DNA of 61,967 nucleotides from Pseudomonadota bacterium (GCA_039815595.1 JBCBYZ010000001.1:1-61967), one strand, 5' to 3'. Shown: positions 1 to 9,762, counted from the stretch's first letter. Numbers and translations are program-made. The notes: generated by a model from the sequence alone, not told the origin.

Positions 1-1
1 C

Positions 2-499
2 CAGTTGCGCTTCGCTATCGCGCAGGGCGTAGTCCAATTCTTCCGTCGTCCACCAGCCGTTCAAAAAGACAATCACACCGCCTGCCGAAGAGACCGCCAT
101 CATCAAAACAAGCATTTCGGGCAGATTGCGCATGGCGATTCCCACCCGCGTGCCTTTGGCGACGCCGCACTTATCCCGCAAAGCTGCAGCCATGTGGTGG
201 ACAGTGCCGGCAAAGCCGTCAAAAGTCAGACGTTCATCGTTGAACACGATGTAGTCGTCCCACCCGTCACCGTGCACGTCCCGCACGGCCAACATCATTT
301 CGGGAACCGTCTTTGGCGCGTTGGCAAAAACCGAATAGGTCACACCGCGTATCGTGGCCTCGCTCAGCGCAAATGTCGGGTCAGTCGTCACGACATGATC
401 CGCAGCCTGTTGCAGCGTCATGCCGCGCAAAGGATTGGGCAAAGGATCGGACTTAGAGTTTTCGGCGTCGGCATGGGCGGTGTCGGTTTGAGCAGCCAT
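2..499 (-). CDS. Long-chain acyl-CoA ligase / class I adenylate-forming enzyme, N-terminal part (runs off the window start)
   Basis: Not in the ORF track. Hand translation from ATG at 499 gives MAAQTD...DERLTFDGF...GVAKGTRVGIAMRNLPEM...GGVIVFLNGWWTTEELDYALRDSEA, a typical AMP-binding enzyme N-terminus. It starts 3 bp after the stop of the upstream crotonase. Confidence 0.85.
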   Translation of the reverse strand, partial: MAAQTDTAHADAENSKSDPLPNPLRGMTLQQAADHVVTTDPTFALSEATIRGVTYSVFANAPKTVPEMMLAVRDVHGDGWDDYIVFNDERLTFDGFAGTVHHMAAALRDKCGVAKGTRVGIAMRNLPEMLVLMMAVSSAGGVIVFLNGWWTTEELDYALRDSEAQL

Positions 500-502
500 C
501 TA

Positions 503-1291
503 TCAAAGCCCCTCGTAGGTGGGTTTTTGTTTGTTGAGAAACGCCTCAATGCCGTGCGGTCCATCGCGGGTGGTCATCATTTTGGCGATGCTCAAGGCCT
601 CTTTGTCGAGTTGGCTTTCCGCGCTTTCCCCATAGCTGTTGTGCAGCAAGCGTTTAACGCCTCCATAGGCTTGGGTTGGCCCATCGGCCAGTGTGCGCGC
701 CAGAACGGCAGTTTCACTTTCCAAAGCCTCTGCATCCACGACCCGGGTTACCAAGCCCCAGTCGCAGGCCTCGTCCGCCGTCAAAACACGGTTGGAAAAC
801 ATCATCTCCTTGGCGCGCAACAGGCCGATATGCTTTGCGAGGAAGTAGGTAGACGAGCCATCGGGAGTGAGGCCCGACGCCGTATAGGCGGAGACGAACT
901 TCGCTTTATTCGAAGCCAAGACAATATCGCCGGCCAGTGCCAACGAAAACCCGCCACCACCCGCCGTGCCGTTCACGGCGACGATCAAAGGCGCGTTCAT
1001 GGTGGAAAATCGGATTACCGCTGCATGCAGCAGCGTTGCCATTTTCAACACGTGAGCATCTTGATGATCACCGGCGCCGTGCATTTCGGCAAGGTCTCCG
1101 CCCGCGCAAAACATCTTGCCGGTGCCGGTGAGAACGACACAGCGTATGGCCTCATTGGTTTGGCACTCCAGCGATGCCTCAAACAGCTCGTGCGCCATCA
1201 CCTCGTTGAGCGCATTGGCATTGTCTGGTCTGTTCAGGGTGATAGTCGCGATGGATCCATCGATCTCGAAGCGGATCGTCTCAAAACTCAT
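503..1291 (-). CDS. Enoyl-CoA hydratase/isomerase (crotonase) family, PaaG-like
   Basis: Motifs ITLNRPDNANAL, FCAGGDL, AVNGTAGGGG, GLTPDGSS. GGAGG RBS just upstream. Confidence 0.9.
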   Translation of the reverse strand: MSFETIRFEIDGSIATITLNRPDNANALNEVMAHELFEASLECQTNEAIRCVVLTGTGKMFCAGGDLAEMHGAGDHQDAHVLKMATLLHAAVIRFSTMNAPLIVAVNGTAGGGGFSLALAGDIVLASNKAKFVSAYTASGLTPDGSSTYFLAKHIGLLRAKEMMFSNRVLTADEACDWGLVTRVVDAEALESETAVLARTLADGPTQAYGGVKRLLHNSYGESAESQLDKEALSIAKMMTTRDGPHGIEAFLNKQKPTYEGL

Positions 1292-1396
1292 AGTCATTCC
1301 TCCCATCAGACAGAAACGACTGAGCCGGTTCTGTCCTTGGAGATGAAACTGCCGAAGTCAGCGCGCCGGTTCAAGGCCCGCATACGATGTGAAAAG

Positions 1397-1837
1397 TCAG
1401 GATGATGGTTTTGGCGGGATTGCGTAGGTGCCCGTGGCATAGGCAATACGCAGCCCGTCGGCGTCCACAATGTCGATATCGAAAACCATCAAACGCTTGC
1501 CGAGCTTCAATATGCGCCCGTTTCCGTCCAGCGGGCCTGGCAGGGCCTTGCGCATAAAGTTGATGTTGAGATTCGTGGTGACCGCCAGCGCTTCCCGCCC
1601 GATATGAGATAGGCAACACACGTAGCCGCCGATGTCGGCCAACGAAAACAGGTTGGGGCCGGACACGGTCCCGCCCGGTCTCAAGTGCCTTTCGGTTGCA
1701 TTTAGCCGGACCGTGCAAGCGCCGGGAGAAACGGACACAATTGTGTCGTCACCATTGCCACCGTCCAGTTCGGGAAACACATCCCCCAAAAACGCCTGCA
1801 CCTCTTGCGCGCTCAAAACCGGCTTAAATTCACTCAC
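1397..1837 (-). CDS. PaaI-family hotdog-fold thioesterase
   Basis: HLRPGGTVSGP..FSLAD, AVTTNLNINFMRKA, ILKLGKRL. Confidence 0.9.
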   Translation of the reverse strand: MSEFKPVLSAQEVQAFLGDVFPELDGGNGDDTIVSVSPGACTVRLNATERHLRPGGTVSGPNLFSLADIGGYVCCLSHIGREALAVTTNLNINFMRKALPGPLDGNGRILKLGKRLMVFDIDIVDADGLRIAYATGTYAIPPKPSS

Positions 1838-2012
1838 TCACGTTGCACTTCCTTCTGCGCCCAACACTCAGCGTGTTTAGACCGAACGGGCTGTTAGGAA
1901 AATCACCCTTAGTCGCGAGTGCGAGGGGTTTGAAAGTTTGCGCTTGGCGTTGTGGCTTCGTAAACAGCGAGCAGTAGGGGTTTTGTATCCCATCAAGTAG
2001 GACAGACGCGCC

Positions 2013-2843
2013 ATGGCGACCATCGTCAACATAAAAACACCCGACGCATTGGAAGAAACACCGCTGGCCCGTCAGCAGTTGGACGGCGGTGTACTGCGTT
2101 TGGTGCTCAACAATCCACCCGCCAATACGCTGAGCGAGACCATGTTGGACGCGCTGAATTCTGCGCTTTCCGATGCCAAAACTGACGAGGCGGTTCGGGT
2201 GATCGTGATCGCGGCCAATGGACATTTGTTTTGCGCGGGCCACGATCTAAAGGAACTCACAGCACGCCGCGCGGATACCGATGGCGGCAGGGCGTATTTT
2301 GCACAGCTTATGGATCGCTGTGCCGAGGTGATGCAGGCCATCGTCAACCATCCAAAGCCGGTGATTGCCGAGGTTACCGGACTGGCCACCGCGGCCGGGT
2401 GTCAATTGGTGGCCTCCTGCGATTTGGCCATTGCGAGCGAAGACGCCACGTTCTGCACGCCGGGGGTTCATATCGGCTTGTTTTGTTCCACGCCCATGGT
2501 CGCTCTTTCGCGCAACGTCCACCGCAAACACGCCATGGAAATGTTGCTTACCGGCGAAGCCGTCACACCCAGCCACGCCCGCGAAATCGGCCTCGTAAAC
2601 CGCGTCGTGCCCGCCGATTATCTGCAAAAGGTCACGCTGCAATACGCCCGCAAAATCGCAGAAAAATCATCCTTGACCCTCAAAACCGGCAAGCAAGCTT
2701 TCTACCAGCAAGCTGACATGCCCTTGTCCGAAGCCTACGCCCACTGCGCAGCCGTGATGACGGAAAACATGATGGCTCAAGACGCAAAAGAATGGATCGG
2801 CGCTTTCCTGGAAGACCGAAGCCCGGAATGGCGTGATGGGTGA
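2013..2843 (+). CDS. Enoyl-CoA hydratase family protein (ECHDC3-like)
   Basis: FCAGHDLKE, ATAAGCQLVASCDLA, FCTPGVHIGLFCSTP. Confidence 0.9.
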   Translation: MATIVNIKTPDALEETPLARQQLDGGVLRLVLNNPPANTLSETMLDALNSALSDAKTDEAVRVIVIAANGHLFCAGHDLKELTARRADTDGGRAYFAQLMDRCAEVMQAIVNHPKPVIAEVTGLATAAGCQLVASCDLAIASEDATFCTPGVHIGLFCSTPMVALSRNVHRKHAMEMLLTGEAVTPSHAREIGLVNRVVPADYLQKVTLQYARKIAEKSSLTLKTGKQAFYQQADMPLSEAYAHCAAVMTENMMAQDAKEWIGAFLEDRSPEWRDG

Positions 2844-3372
2844 GGCCCCCGTCAACGAGGATCACAACAAATACACGGACGCTCACATCCGCTCGGTCCT
2901 GACCGACTGCAATTCTATTGCTATCATCGGGGCCAGTGCCAACACGGTGCGGCCTTCAAATTTTGTGGCGCGTTATATGATTGCGAAAGGGTACGAGGTT
3001 GCCCCCATCAATCCGGGGCAGGCGGGCAAGCCCATTGCTGGCGCAATGGCCCATGCCAGCCTTGCGGACTTGCCCGGCCCGGTGGACATGGTGGACGTGT
3101 TTCGCAAGACCGAAGCGCTGCCTGGCATCGTGATGGAAATCATGCAAATGCCCGAATTGCCCAAAGTGGTCTGGTTTCAATTAGGCATTCGCGACGACGC
3201 CATCGCAGCCGCATTGGAGATGGCAGGCATCACTGTCATTCAGGACCGCTGCCCCAAAATAGAGTATGCGCGCCTGTGCGGAGAACTGGCGTGGAACGGT
3301 GTGAACCGCCGAACAATCTCTTCGAAAAAACCCAAACTGAAAAAAGGCTTCCAGCAATTGGGACTTGATTGA
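2833..3372 (+). CDS. CoA-binding protein (YccU-like)
   Basis: IAIIGAS..TVRPS, PINPG, VDMVDVFR, VWFQLGI, VIQDRCPKIE. Overlaps the upstream gene. Confidence 0.9.
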   Translation: MMGEAPVNEDHNKYTDAHIRSVLTDCNSIAIIGASANTVRPSNFVARYMIAKGYEVAPINPGQAGKPIAGAMAHASLADLPGPVDMVDVFRKTEALPGIVMEIMQMPELPKVVWFQLGIRDDAIAAALEMAGITVIQDRCPKIEYARLCGELAWNGVNRRTISSKKPKLKKGFQQLGLD

Positions 3373-3622
3373 ATCACTTTGTGAGCTTCGGCGCGATTTG
3401 AATCAGATTCTCAACTGCAACGAACGTCTCCAAGGGTCTGAACCGACTCTCTTTTTTGAGCGCACGAACAATTCAACCTGAATCAGAACCTGAGGCGCAA
3501 ACGGGTTGCGTGCGTTCGTAACCAAAAGCAAAGCCAGTCTTTGACCTCACCGCGCAGATGCCCGATAACCCCGCCATCATTCGACATTTTGATAGCCCGA
3601 TGGCGGGCAACGCGGAGACACT

Positions 3623-4903
3623 ATGAGCAACGAACCCGGATTCAACACACTTGCCGTCCACGCCGGTGCCCAGCCGGACCCAGCCACCGGGGCCCGTGTC
3701 ACACCCATCTATCAAACAGCATCCTTCGTGTTTGATGATGTTGACCATGCCGCATCGCTTTTCGGTCTGCAGGCTTTTGGCAACATCTACACCCGCATCA
3801 CCAACCCAACCACGGCTGTGCTGGAAGAGCGCGTTGCGGCTTTGGAGGGCGGCACGGCAGCGTTGGCCGTCGCGTCCGGCCACGCGGCACAGCTTTTGGT
3901 CATGCACGCACTTTTGCAGCCGGGTGATGAATTTGTTTCCTCCCGCAAACTTTACGGCGGTTCCATCAACCAGTTTGGACAGAGCTTTAAGAGCTTTGGC
4001 TGGCATGTGAACTGGGCCGATGGCTTGGCGGCGGAAGATTTCGAAGCCGCGATTACTCCCAAAACCAAAGCGATCTTCATCGAGAGCTTGGCCAATCCCG
4101 GCGGCGTTGTGATGGACATAAACGGCATCGCGGAAGTCGCCCGCAAACATCACATCCCGCTTGTCGTCGACAACACCATGGCCACGCCGTACCTATGCCG
4201 CCCGATTGAGCACGGCGCGGACATTGTGGTGGGGTCTCTGACGAAGTTTTTGGGGGGACACGGCAATTCTATGGGCGGCATCATCGTCGATGGCGGCACG
4301 TTTGACTGGTCCAAGGACGATCGCTTCCCGATCCTGTCCGAGCCGCGCCCGGAATATAACGACATGGTGCTGCATGAGACGTTCGGCAATTTCGCCTTCG
4401 CCATCGCCTGCCGCGTGCTCGGCTTGCGTGATCTTGGTCCGGCCATCTCACCGTTCAACGCCTTCATGATTTTGACGGGCATCGAAACCCTGCCGCTGCG
4501 CATGGAGCGCCATTGCGAAAACGCGCTGAAGGTTGCCGAGTTCCTCAAAGGCCACGACAAGGTGGCTTGGGTCTCTTATGCCGCGTTGGAGGACGATGAA
4601 TACCATGCACTGCAGCAGCGCTATATGCCCAATGGTGGCGGAGCGGTCTTCACGTTCGGTGTCAAAGGTGGATATCAAGCGGGTATCGATCTTGTCTCCA
4701 ATGTCGAAATTTTCTCGCATCTGGCAAATATTGGCGACACTCGCTCCCTGATCATCCATCCTGCCTCCACCACTCACCGCCAGTTGGATGATGAGCAAAA
4801 GACGGCTGCAGGTGCAGGTTCAGACGTGATCCGTCTGTCCGTCGGTATTGAGGATGCGAACGATCTCATCGCGGACTTGGCGCAGGCTCTGAAACAACTC
4901 TAA
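3623..4903 (+). CDS. metY: O-acetylhomoserine aminocarboxypropyltransferase (sulfhydrylase)
   Basis: TPIYQTASFVF, IYTRITNPT, SLTKFLGGHG (PLP lysine), HLANIGDTRSLIIHPASTTH. Confidence 0.95.
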   Translation: MSNEPGFNTLAVHAGAQPDPATGARVTPIYQTASFVFDDVDHAASLFGLQAFGNIYTRITNPTTAVLEERVAALEGGTAALAVASGHAAQLLVMHALLQPGDEFVSSRKLYGGSINQFGQSFKSFGWHVNWADGLAAEDFEAAITPKTKAIFIESLANPGGVVMDINGIAEVARKHHIPLVVDNTMATPYLCRPIEHGADIVVGSLTKFLGGHGNSMGGIIVDGGTFDWSKDDRFPILSEPRPEYNDMVLHETFGNFAFAIACRVLGLRDLGPAISPFNAFMILTGIETLPLRMERHCENALKVAEFLKGHDKVAWVSYAALEDDEYHALQQRYMPNGGGAVFTFGVKGGYQAGIDLVSNVEIFSHLANIGDTRSLIIHPASTTHRQLDDEQKTAAGAGSDVIRLSVGIEDANDLIADLAQALKQL

Positions 4904-4915
4904 GGGCGGTTTATT

Positions 4916-5308
4916 ATGGCCCTGCCGGTAACCTCCTTTTTCGCTGCCGCTTTCATCATCATGGCTCTTGTGCTCATCATGAGGGCCGTTGGCGGACGCA
5001 AAAAGTTTAACGTGAGCGTCGGCGACGGTGGACACGAAGATTTAGCGCGCCTGATGCGGGCGCATGCCAACTTTGTTGAGACCGTGCCTTTCGTGCTTAT
5101 CGGCATGGCTTTGATGGAGTTGAACGGAGCCGCCAATTGGTGGCTTGCGATTATCGGCGGTGTGTTCCTTGTTGCTCGTATCAGCCACGCTATTGGGATG
5201 AGCTACCGCTACCCCGCCATTCCTTTTCGATTTGTGGGCATGGCCACGACAATGGGAATTTTCATTCTGGTGGCCGCAACACTGCTCTACCAGTCGCTGT
5301 TTGGATGA
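4916..5308 (+). CDS. MAPEG family membrane protein
   Basis: VGDGG..LARLMRAHANFVETVP, ARISHAIG, four hydrophobic segments. Confidence 0.85.
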   Translation: MALPVTSFFAAAFIIMALVLIMRAVGGRKKFNVSVGDGGHEDLARLMRAHANFVETVPFVLIGMALMELNGAANWWLAIIGGVFLVARISHAIGMSYRYPAIPFRFVGMATTMGIFILVAATLLYQSLFG

Positions 5309-5353
5309 TCACTGCGCCCCCTTTACGGCGCAGTTGGATGGTAACCGCGCGGC

Positions 5354-5749
5354 ATGATCGTTAGTTTTCTACACAATTCCCCCAGCTGGTCGGTTATCGG
5401 ATACATCTGTGCCGCAGGCCTTTTGCTGTCTGCCTGTGTCGGCACGCCGGCCTATGAGGCGCTACAACCCAACGCGCCGCTGCCCGCGTCAAATCCGGCT
5501 GTGCGCAACAGTGGTAACACGCCCAATCTCATGGTGCCGCCAGCGGTGCAGGCGAAGCAGATTTCCGATGAAGAGAAGAAGGAATTGGAAACCGAGATGA
5601 AGCGTGCAGGTGTTAGGAACGCAACCTCCACCGCTCAAAGCCAAAGTCAGTCGGAAGCGATCTATCGCCGCGAGGTTGAAGCCATGCGCCGGGAAGCCGA
5701 GAGTCACGCTCAAAAGCGGTTGCGCGAAATCGAGCGCCGCAGCAACTAG
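5354..5749 (+). CDS. Hypothetical lipoprotein with C-terminal coiled coil
   Basis: Lipobox LSAC, Pro-rich linker, charged helical C-terminus. Confidence 0.65.
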   Translation: MIVSFLHNSPSWSVIGYICAAGLLLSACVGTPAYEALQPNAPLPASNPAVRNSGNTPNLMVPPAVQAKQISDEEKKELETEMKRAGVRNATSTAQSQSQSEAIYRREVEAMRREAESHAQKRLREIERRSN

Positions 5750-5780
5750 AAGTTTTTTAGCTCGAATACGCCAATGGCTG

Positions 5781-6278
5781 TTATCGTAGGCAAATCTGGA
5801 CTCTGCGGTCTTTCACAACCATCCAGCGTTTCAGTTCCCGTTCGCGGCGCTTATTGGCCTTGAGCGCGCGCTTCACTTTGCGTTTGGAGCGCGTCTTTTC
5901 TGCATATCGACGAAATCCACCCATCTGGAACGCCAGCAGCGTACCGTAGGTTTGCCCCGCGCGGGTCCGGTCGCTTTCAGACAAGCCGTCCTTCAACCCC
6001 TCAACGCCGCAGACGCAGGCGGCCCTCAGGGCGCGATTGACGGCGACGGTTGGGTTAAAGGCAACTTTCTCGCGCTTTTTCGCCATCTCTTCTTTGGCCC
6101 AATCGTTCACTACCTCTGTGGACTTCAGGCAAGCTTTCACAAATGGGGCACCCTTGGCCGACACTTCTGGCGTGTCTCCACCGCTGAACATCGTGCCGCC
6201 CACGCCAAACAGACCTGCCGCACCCAGTCCGAGTGCTCCAATCGCGATGAGTGCTTTCATGACCTGCCGCCGCTCCAA
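5781..6278 (-). CDS. Hypothetical exported, basic, Cys-containing protein
   Basis: MERRQVMK followed by a hydrophobic stretch, four Cys, K/R-rich C-terminus. Fills the gap between known genes. Confidence 0.55.
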   Translation of the reverse strand: MERRQVMKALIAIGALGLGAAGLFGVGGTMFSGGDTPEVSAKGAPFVKACLKSTEVVNDWAKEEMAKKREKVAFNPTVAVNRALRAACVCGVEGLKDGLSESDRTRAGQTYGTLLAFQMGGFRRYAEKTRSKRKVKRALKANKRRERELKRWMVVKDRRVQICLR

Positions 6279-6459
6279 AGTCCGTTGACCGTGTGGTTGG
6301 GGTGGAGGCTATCAACAAGCCTTGGACGAAGGGTTAAACCGTAGACGCACGAGATGGTGGCACCGCCGTTGCACTTTGGCGCGAAAGCAGCCATCAGAAC
6401 CCTACTCTTTGGCGTGGTGTCGGGCCCGCCGGTTTGACCGTTTGCACTGGTATTGTCGC

Positions 6460-7782
6460 ATGAACACAGCACTTCGTATTGGCGTGGCGGGCGTGGGCAC
6501 CGTAGGCGCTTCATTGCTCAAGATTTTGCAATCCAAGGACGCCTTGCTGATGGAGCGTTGCGGGCGTCCCTTGCGGGTTACTGCGATAAACGCTCGGAAC
6601 AAATCCAAGGACCGCGGCGTCTCGCTGGACGGGATGGAATGGTTTGACCACCCGGTGGACTTGGCAAAATCCGATGCCATTGATGTGTTTGTGGAATTGA
6701 TCGGTGGTGAGGACGGTGCGGCCAGCGATGCCGTAACCGCCGCTTTGGAAGCCGGAAAACACGTGGTCACCGCCAATAAGGCCTTGCTTGCCAAACACGG
6801 TATACGCTTGGCGGAATTGGCCGAAGACAAAGGCCTACTGCTCAACTACGAAGCGGCGGTTGCCGGTGGGATACCCATCATCAAGGTGATGCGCGAGAGC
6901 ATGACCGCCAATGAGATCAGCCGTGTCTACGGCATTCTAAACGGCACCTGCAACTACATACTCACGCGGATGGAAGCGGATGGTCTGTCCTTCGAAGACT
7001 GCCTTGCTGATGCGCAGGCGCTTGGTTATGCCGAGGCTGATCCAACCTTTGATATCGAAGGCAATGATACGGCCCATAAGCTTGCGATCCTCACCAGTCT
7101 CGCTTTTGGCAGCCGCATCGCACCGGACGCAATCTATCTTGAAGGCATCACCAAGATTACGATTGAAGATATTCTGGCTGCCAAAGAACTGGGCTACCGG
7201 ATCAAGCTGCTGGGCGTGGCAACGCGTACCGCAAGCGGCGTGGAAAGCCGCGTTCACCCCGCCATGGTGCCGTTGGGATCGCCCATCGCCGAGATTGGTG
7301 GCGTGACTAACGCGGTTTCGGTGGAAGCGGAGCCTGTTGGCAGCCTAATGATGTCCGGTCCGGGCGCAGGCGGCGATGCAACGGCATCTGCCGTGGCCGG
7401 TGATTTGTGTGACATTGCAAAATCGAAGCCCGGTGAGCAATTCGGTCCGCCACTTCTGGAACCGGTTTCGCGTTTGGTCCCTCATGAAAGGGCACCCATG
7501 CGTTCTCATGCCGGTGGCTATTTCATTCGTCTGACCGCGCTGGACCAACCGGGTACGATGGCTGCTATTGCCACGCGCATGGCTGACCATGACATCTCCC
7601 TGGAATCGATCGTGCAACGCCGGTCCGATGCGAAAGACAGCGGCACCGCTGGAACTGCCAACATCGTTCTCGTCACCCACGAGACCACAGAGAAGGCCAT
7701 TCGCGACGCGCTGAGCCAGATCGGTGCTGACGGTAAACTTGTGGGAGAAGCGCAGATGATCCGAATCGAGACCATGGCCTGA
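6460..7782 (+). CDS. hom: Homoserine dehydrogenase with C-terminal ACT domain
   Basis: GVAGVGTVG, VVTANKA, YEAAVAGGIP, GILNGTCNYIL, GPGAGGDATA, DQPG ACT motif. Confidence 0.95.
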   Translation: MNTALRIGVAGVGTVGASLLKILQSKDALLMERCGRPLRVTAINARNKSKDRGVSLDGMEWFDHPVDLAKSDAIDVFVELIGGEDGAASDAVTAALEAGKHVVTANKALLAKHGIRLAELAEDKGLLLNYEAAVAGGIPIIKVMRESMTANEISRVYGILNGTCNYILTRMEADGLSFEDCLADAQALGYAEADPTFDIEGNDTAHKLAILTSLAFGSRIAPDAIYLEGITKITIEDILAAKELGYRIKLLGVATRTASGVESRVHPAMVPLGSPIAEIGGVTNAVSVEAEPVGSLMMSGPGAGGDATASAVAGDLCDIAKSKPGEQFGPPLLEPVSRLVPHERAPMRSHAGGYFIRLTALDQPGTMAAIATRMADHDISLESIVQRRSDAKDSGTAGTANIVLVTHETTEKAIRDALSQIGADGKLVGEAQMIRIETMA

Positions 7783-7968
7783 TCCGGCACAGTCTGTCTG
7801 ACGGATCGCTGGACCTTCCTGTCGATAAAAATCCGATAAACCAGCAAAAAACCGCTGGCTCGCTGATACACGCCTGCGCCGATACACACCTGCACCGATA
7901 CAATTGTGTCGCAGGCATCTTGCAGGCACATAGAACCCAACCTTTTTGCCCGATTCGGAGCCTTGTTC

Positions 7969-8958
7969 ATGTCCATCTCGTCCAAACCACAATCCGGCCG
8001 CTTGGACCGCATGTTGACCATGGAGATGGCCCGTGTCGTGGAAGCCGCCGCTGTGGCCGCCGCCTATGAGCGGGGCAAGGGCGATGAAAAACGCGCTGAC
8101 CAAGTGGCCGTTGATGCCATGCGCCGCGAGTTGAACAATCTGCCCATTTCCGGACGCATCGTCATCGGTGAGGGCGAGCGGGACGAAGCACCCATGCTCT
8201 ATATCGGCGAGGAGGTGGGCCATGGCGGTCCGGAGGTGGATATCGCCCTTGATCCGCTGGAAGGCACCACCATCTGCGCCAAGAACCAGCCAAACTCTTT
8301 GGCCGTCATCGCCATCGCGGAGCGCGGCAAGCTGCTTTATGCACCCGACGTTTATATGGATAAGATCGCCATCGGCCCAGGCTATCCGTCAGGCACCATC
8401 AACATCGACGCCACGCCGACCGAAAACCTGCATGCAGTGGCCAAGGCAAAGGGCGTACCGGTCTCCCACATTTCAACCTGCATCATGGACCGCCAGCGCC
8501 ACGCCAAACTCATTGATGAAGTACGGGCGGCTGGAGCGGCCATCCGTCTGATCGGCGACGGAGACGTCGCCGGTATCATCCACACGACTGAGCCGGAAGA
8601 AACAGGCATTGATTTGTATATGGGCATTGGTGGCGCGCCCGAAGGGGTGCTGGCCGCGGCCGCACTGCGCTGTACCGGTGGCCAGATGCAAGGTCGTTTG
8701 ATCTTGGACACCCAAGAGAAGGTCGCCCGTGCGGAGCGGATGGGCGTGAGCGACCCAAAAAAAGCCTACACAATGGAAGAAATGGCCTCAGGCGATGTGT
8801 TGTTTGCCGCGACCGGCGTGACAGATGGCAACATGCTGCGCGGCGTGAAGTTCGACCGCATGGGTATCACCACGCACACAGTCGCCATGCGGTCCTCTTC
8901 CGGTACCATCCGTTGGATCGAAAGCCGCCATGTCGAAGACGGCAAATTCGAAGGTTAA
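7969..8958 (+). CDS. glpX: Class II fructose-1,6-bisphosphatase
   Basis: VIGEGERDEAPMLYIGE, DPLEGT, GGAPEGVLAAAA, ATGVTDG. Confidence 0.95.
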   Translation: MSISSKPQSGRLDRMLTMEMARVVEAAAVAAAYERGKGDEKRADQVAVDAMRRELNNLPISGRIVIGEGERDEAPMLYIGEEVGHGGPEVDIALDPLEGTTICAKNQPNSLAVIAIAERGKLLYAPDVYMDKIAIGPGYPSGTINIDATPTENLHAVAKAKGVPVSHISTCIMDRQRHAKLIDEVRAAGAAIRLIGDGDVAGIIHTTEPEETGIDLYMGIGGAPEGVLAAAALRCTGGQMQGRLILDTQEKVARAERMGVSDPKKAYTMEEMASGDVLFAATGVTDGNMLRGVKFDRMGITTHTVAMRSSSGTIRWIESRHVEDGKFEG

Positions 8959-9043
8959 AGAAGCTACATTCTAGGATCGGGTTGCGGCGGACGGGCCAAA
9001 GCTTGCCACATCGATAAGGGGCTTTGAACGGGGAGGGACGTCC

Positions 9044-9754
9044 GTGTCCAACACGCCGATACAAGCAAGCACGCGCCTCAAAGACGAGGCCGAAGACGGA
9101 ATAGTTGTTTCCTATTTGACCTTGCGCACCTTCGTGGGCGCGCTTGGTGTGACCTTACCATTTGTGCTTTGGTTGGGGGGCGAGTGGGTGTTTGGCCTAA
9201 AGCTTCAACCCAGCATGAGTGCATATTACTACACCCCAATGCGGGACGTGTTCGTAGGCTTCCTGTTTGCCATCGGCACGTTTTTCATCACCTATCGCGG
9301 TCATTCCCGCTGGGACAGCGTTGCCGGTTTTGCGGTCTGCATCTTTGCGCTTGGCGTGGCGCTGTTTCCCACGACCGATTGCGGTCCCATCGTGGCCGGT
9401 GGCTGTCAAGCGGCAAACTCAACCACGCCGTTCCACGCCAAAGTGCATTTCACCAGTGCAGCGGGCCTCTTGATCACGTTGGCGATCTTTTCGTTGTTCC
9501 TGTTTACCAAGTCGGACCCGTCACAGCCCATGACGCCGCGCAAGAAATGGCGCAACACGATCTACCGCACTTGTGGGATTGTCATCCTTACGATGGTAGC
9601 CGCTGCTGCATATTATGTGAGCGAGTACCCCACCTGCTGCGTAGAGCAGGGGCCGACACTGTTTGTGTTGGAAGCCGTTGCATTGGTAGCGTTCGGCCTA
9701 TCGTGGATCGTCAAAGGCGAAGCTATTTTGGCGGACGTGGAACCAAGCGCCTAG
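9044..9754 (+). CDS. Multi-pass membrane protein (DUF998-like)
   Basis: SYLTLR..G.LG, SMSAYYYT.MRDVFVG, VHFTSA, FGLSWIVKGE, about 6 TM segments. Confidence 0.65.
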   Translation: MSNTPIQASTRLKDEAEDGIVVSYLTLRTFVGALGVTLPFVLWLGGEWVFGLKLQPSMSAYYYTPMRDVFVGFLFAIGTFFITYRGHSRWDSVAGFAVCIFALGVALFPTTDCGPIVAGGCQAANSTTPFHAKVHFTSAAGLLITLAIFSLFLFTKSDPSQPMTPRKKWRNTIYRTCGIVILTMVAAAAYYVSEYPTCCVEQGPTLFVLEAVALVAFGLSWIVKGEAILADVEPSA

Positions 9755-9762
9755 AGGGCGCA

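Noticed and set aside
427-450. 12-bp near-duplication GCAAAGGATTGG/GCAAAGGATCGG
   Set aside because: It is an in-frame micro-duplication in the variable N-terminus of the ligase, with no functional implication visible.
5-1405. 466-aa plus-strand ORF
   Set aside because: It is an antisense shadow of the minus-strand ligase and crotonase genes and has no recognisable motifs.
3373-3622. Possible SAM-II riboswitch upstream of metY
   Set aside because: GCGCGATTT is present but the downstream GCTAAA pseudoknot element is not.
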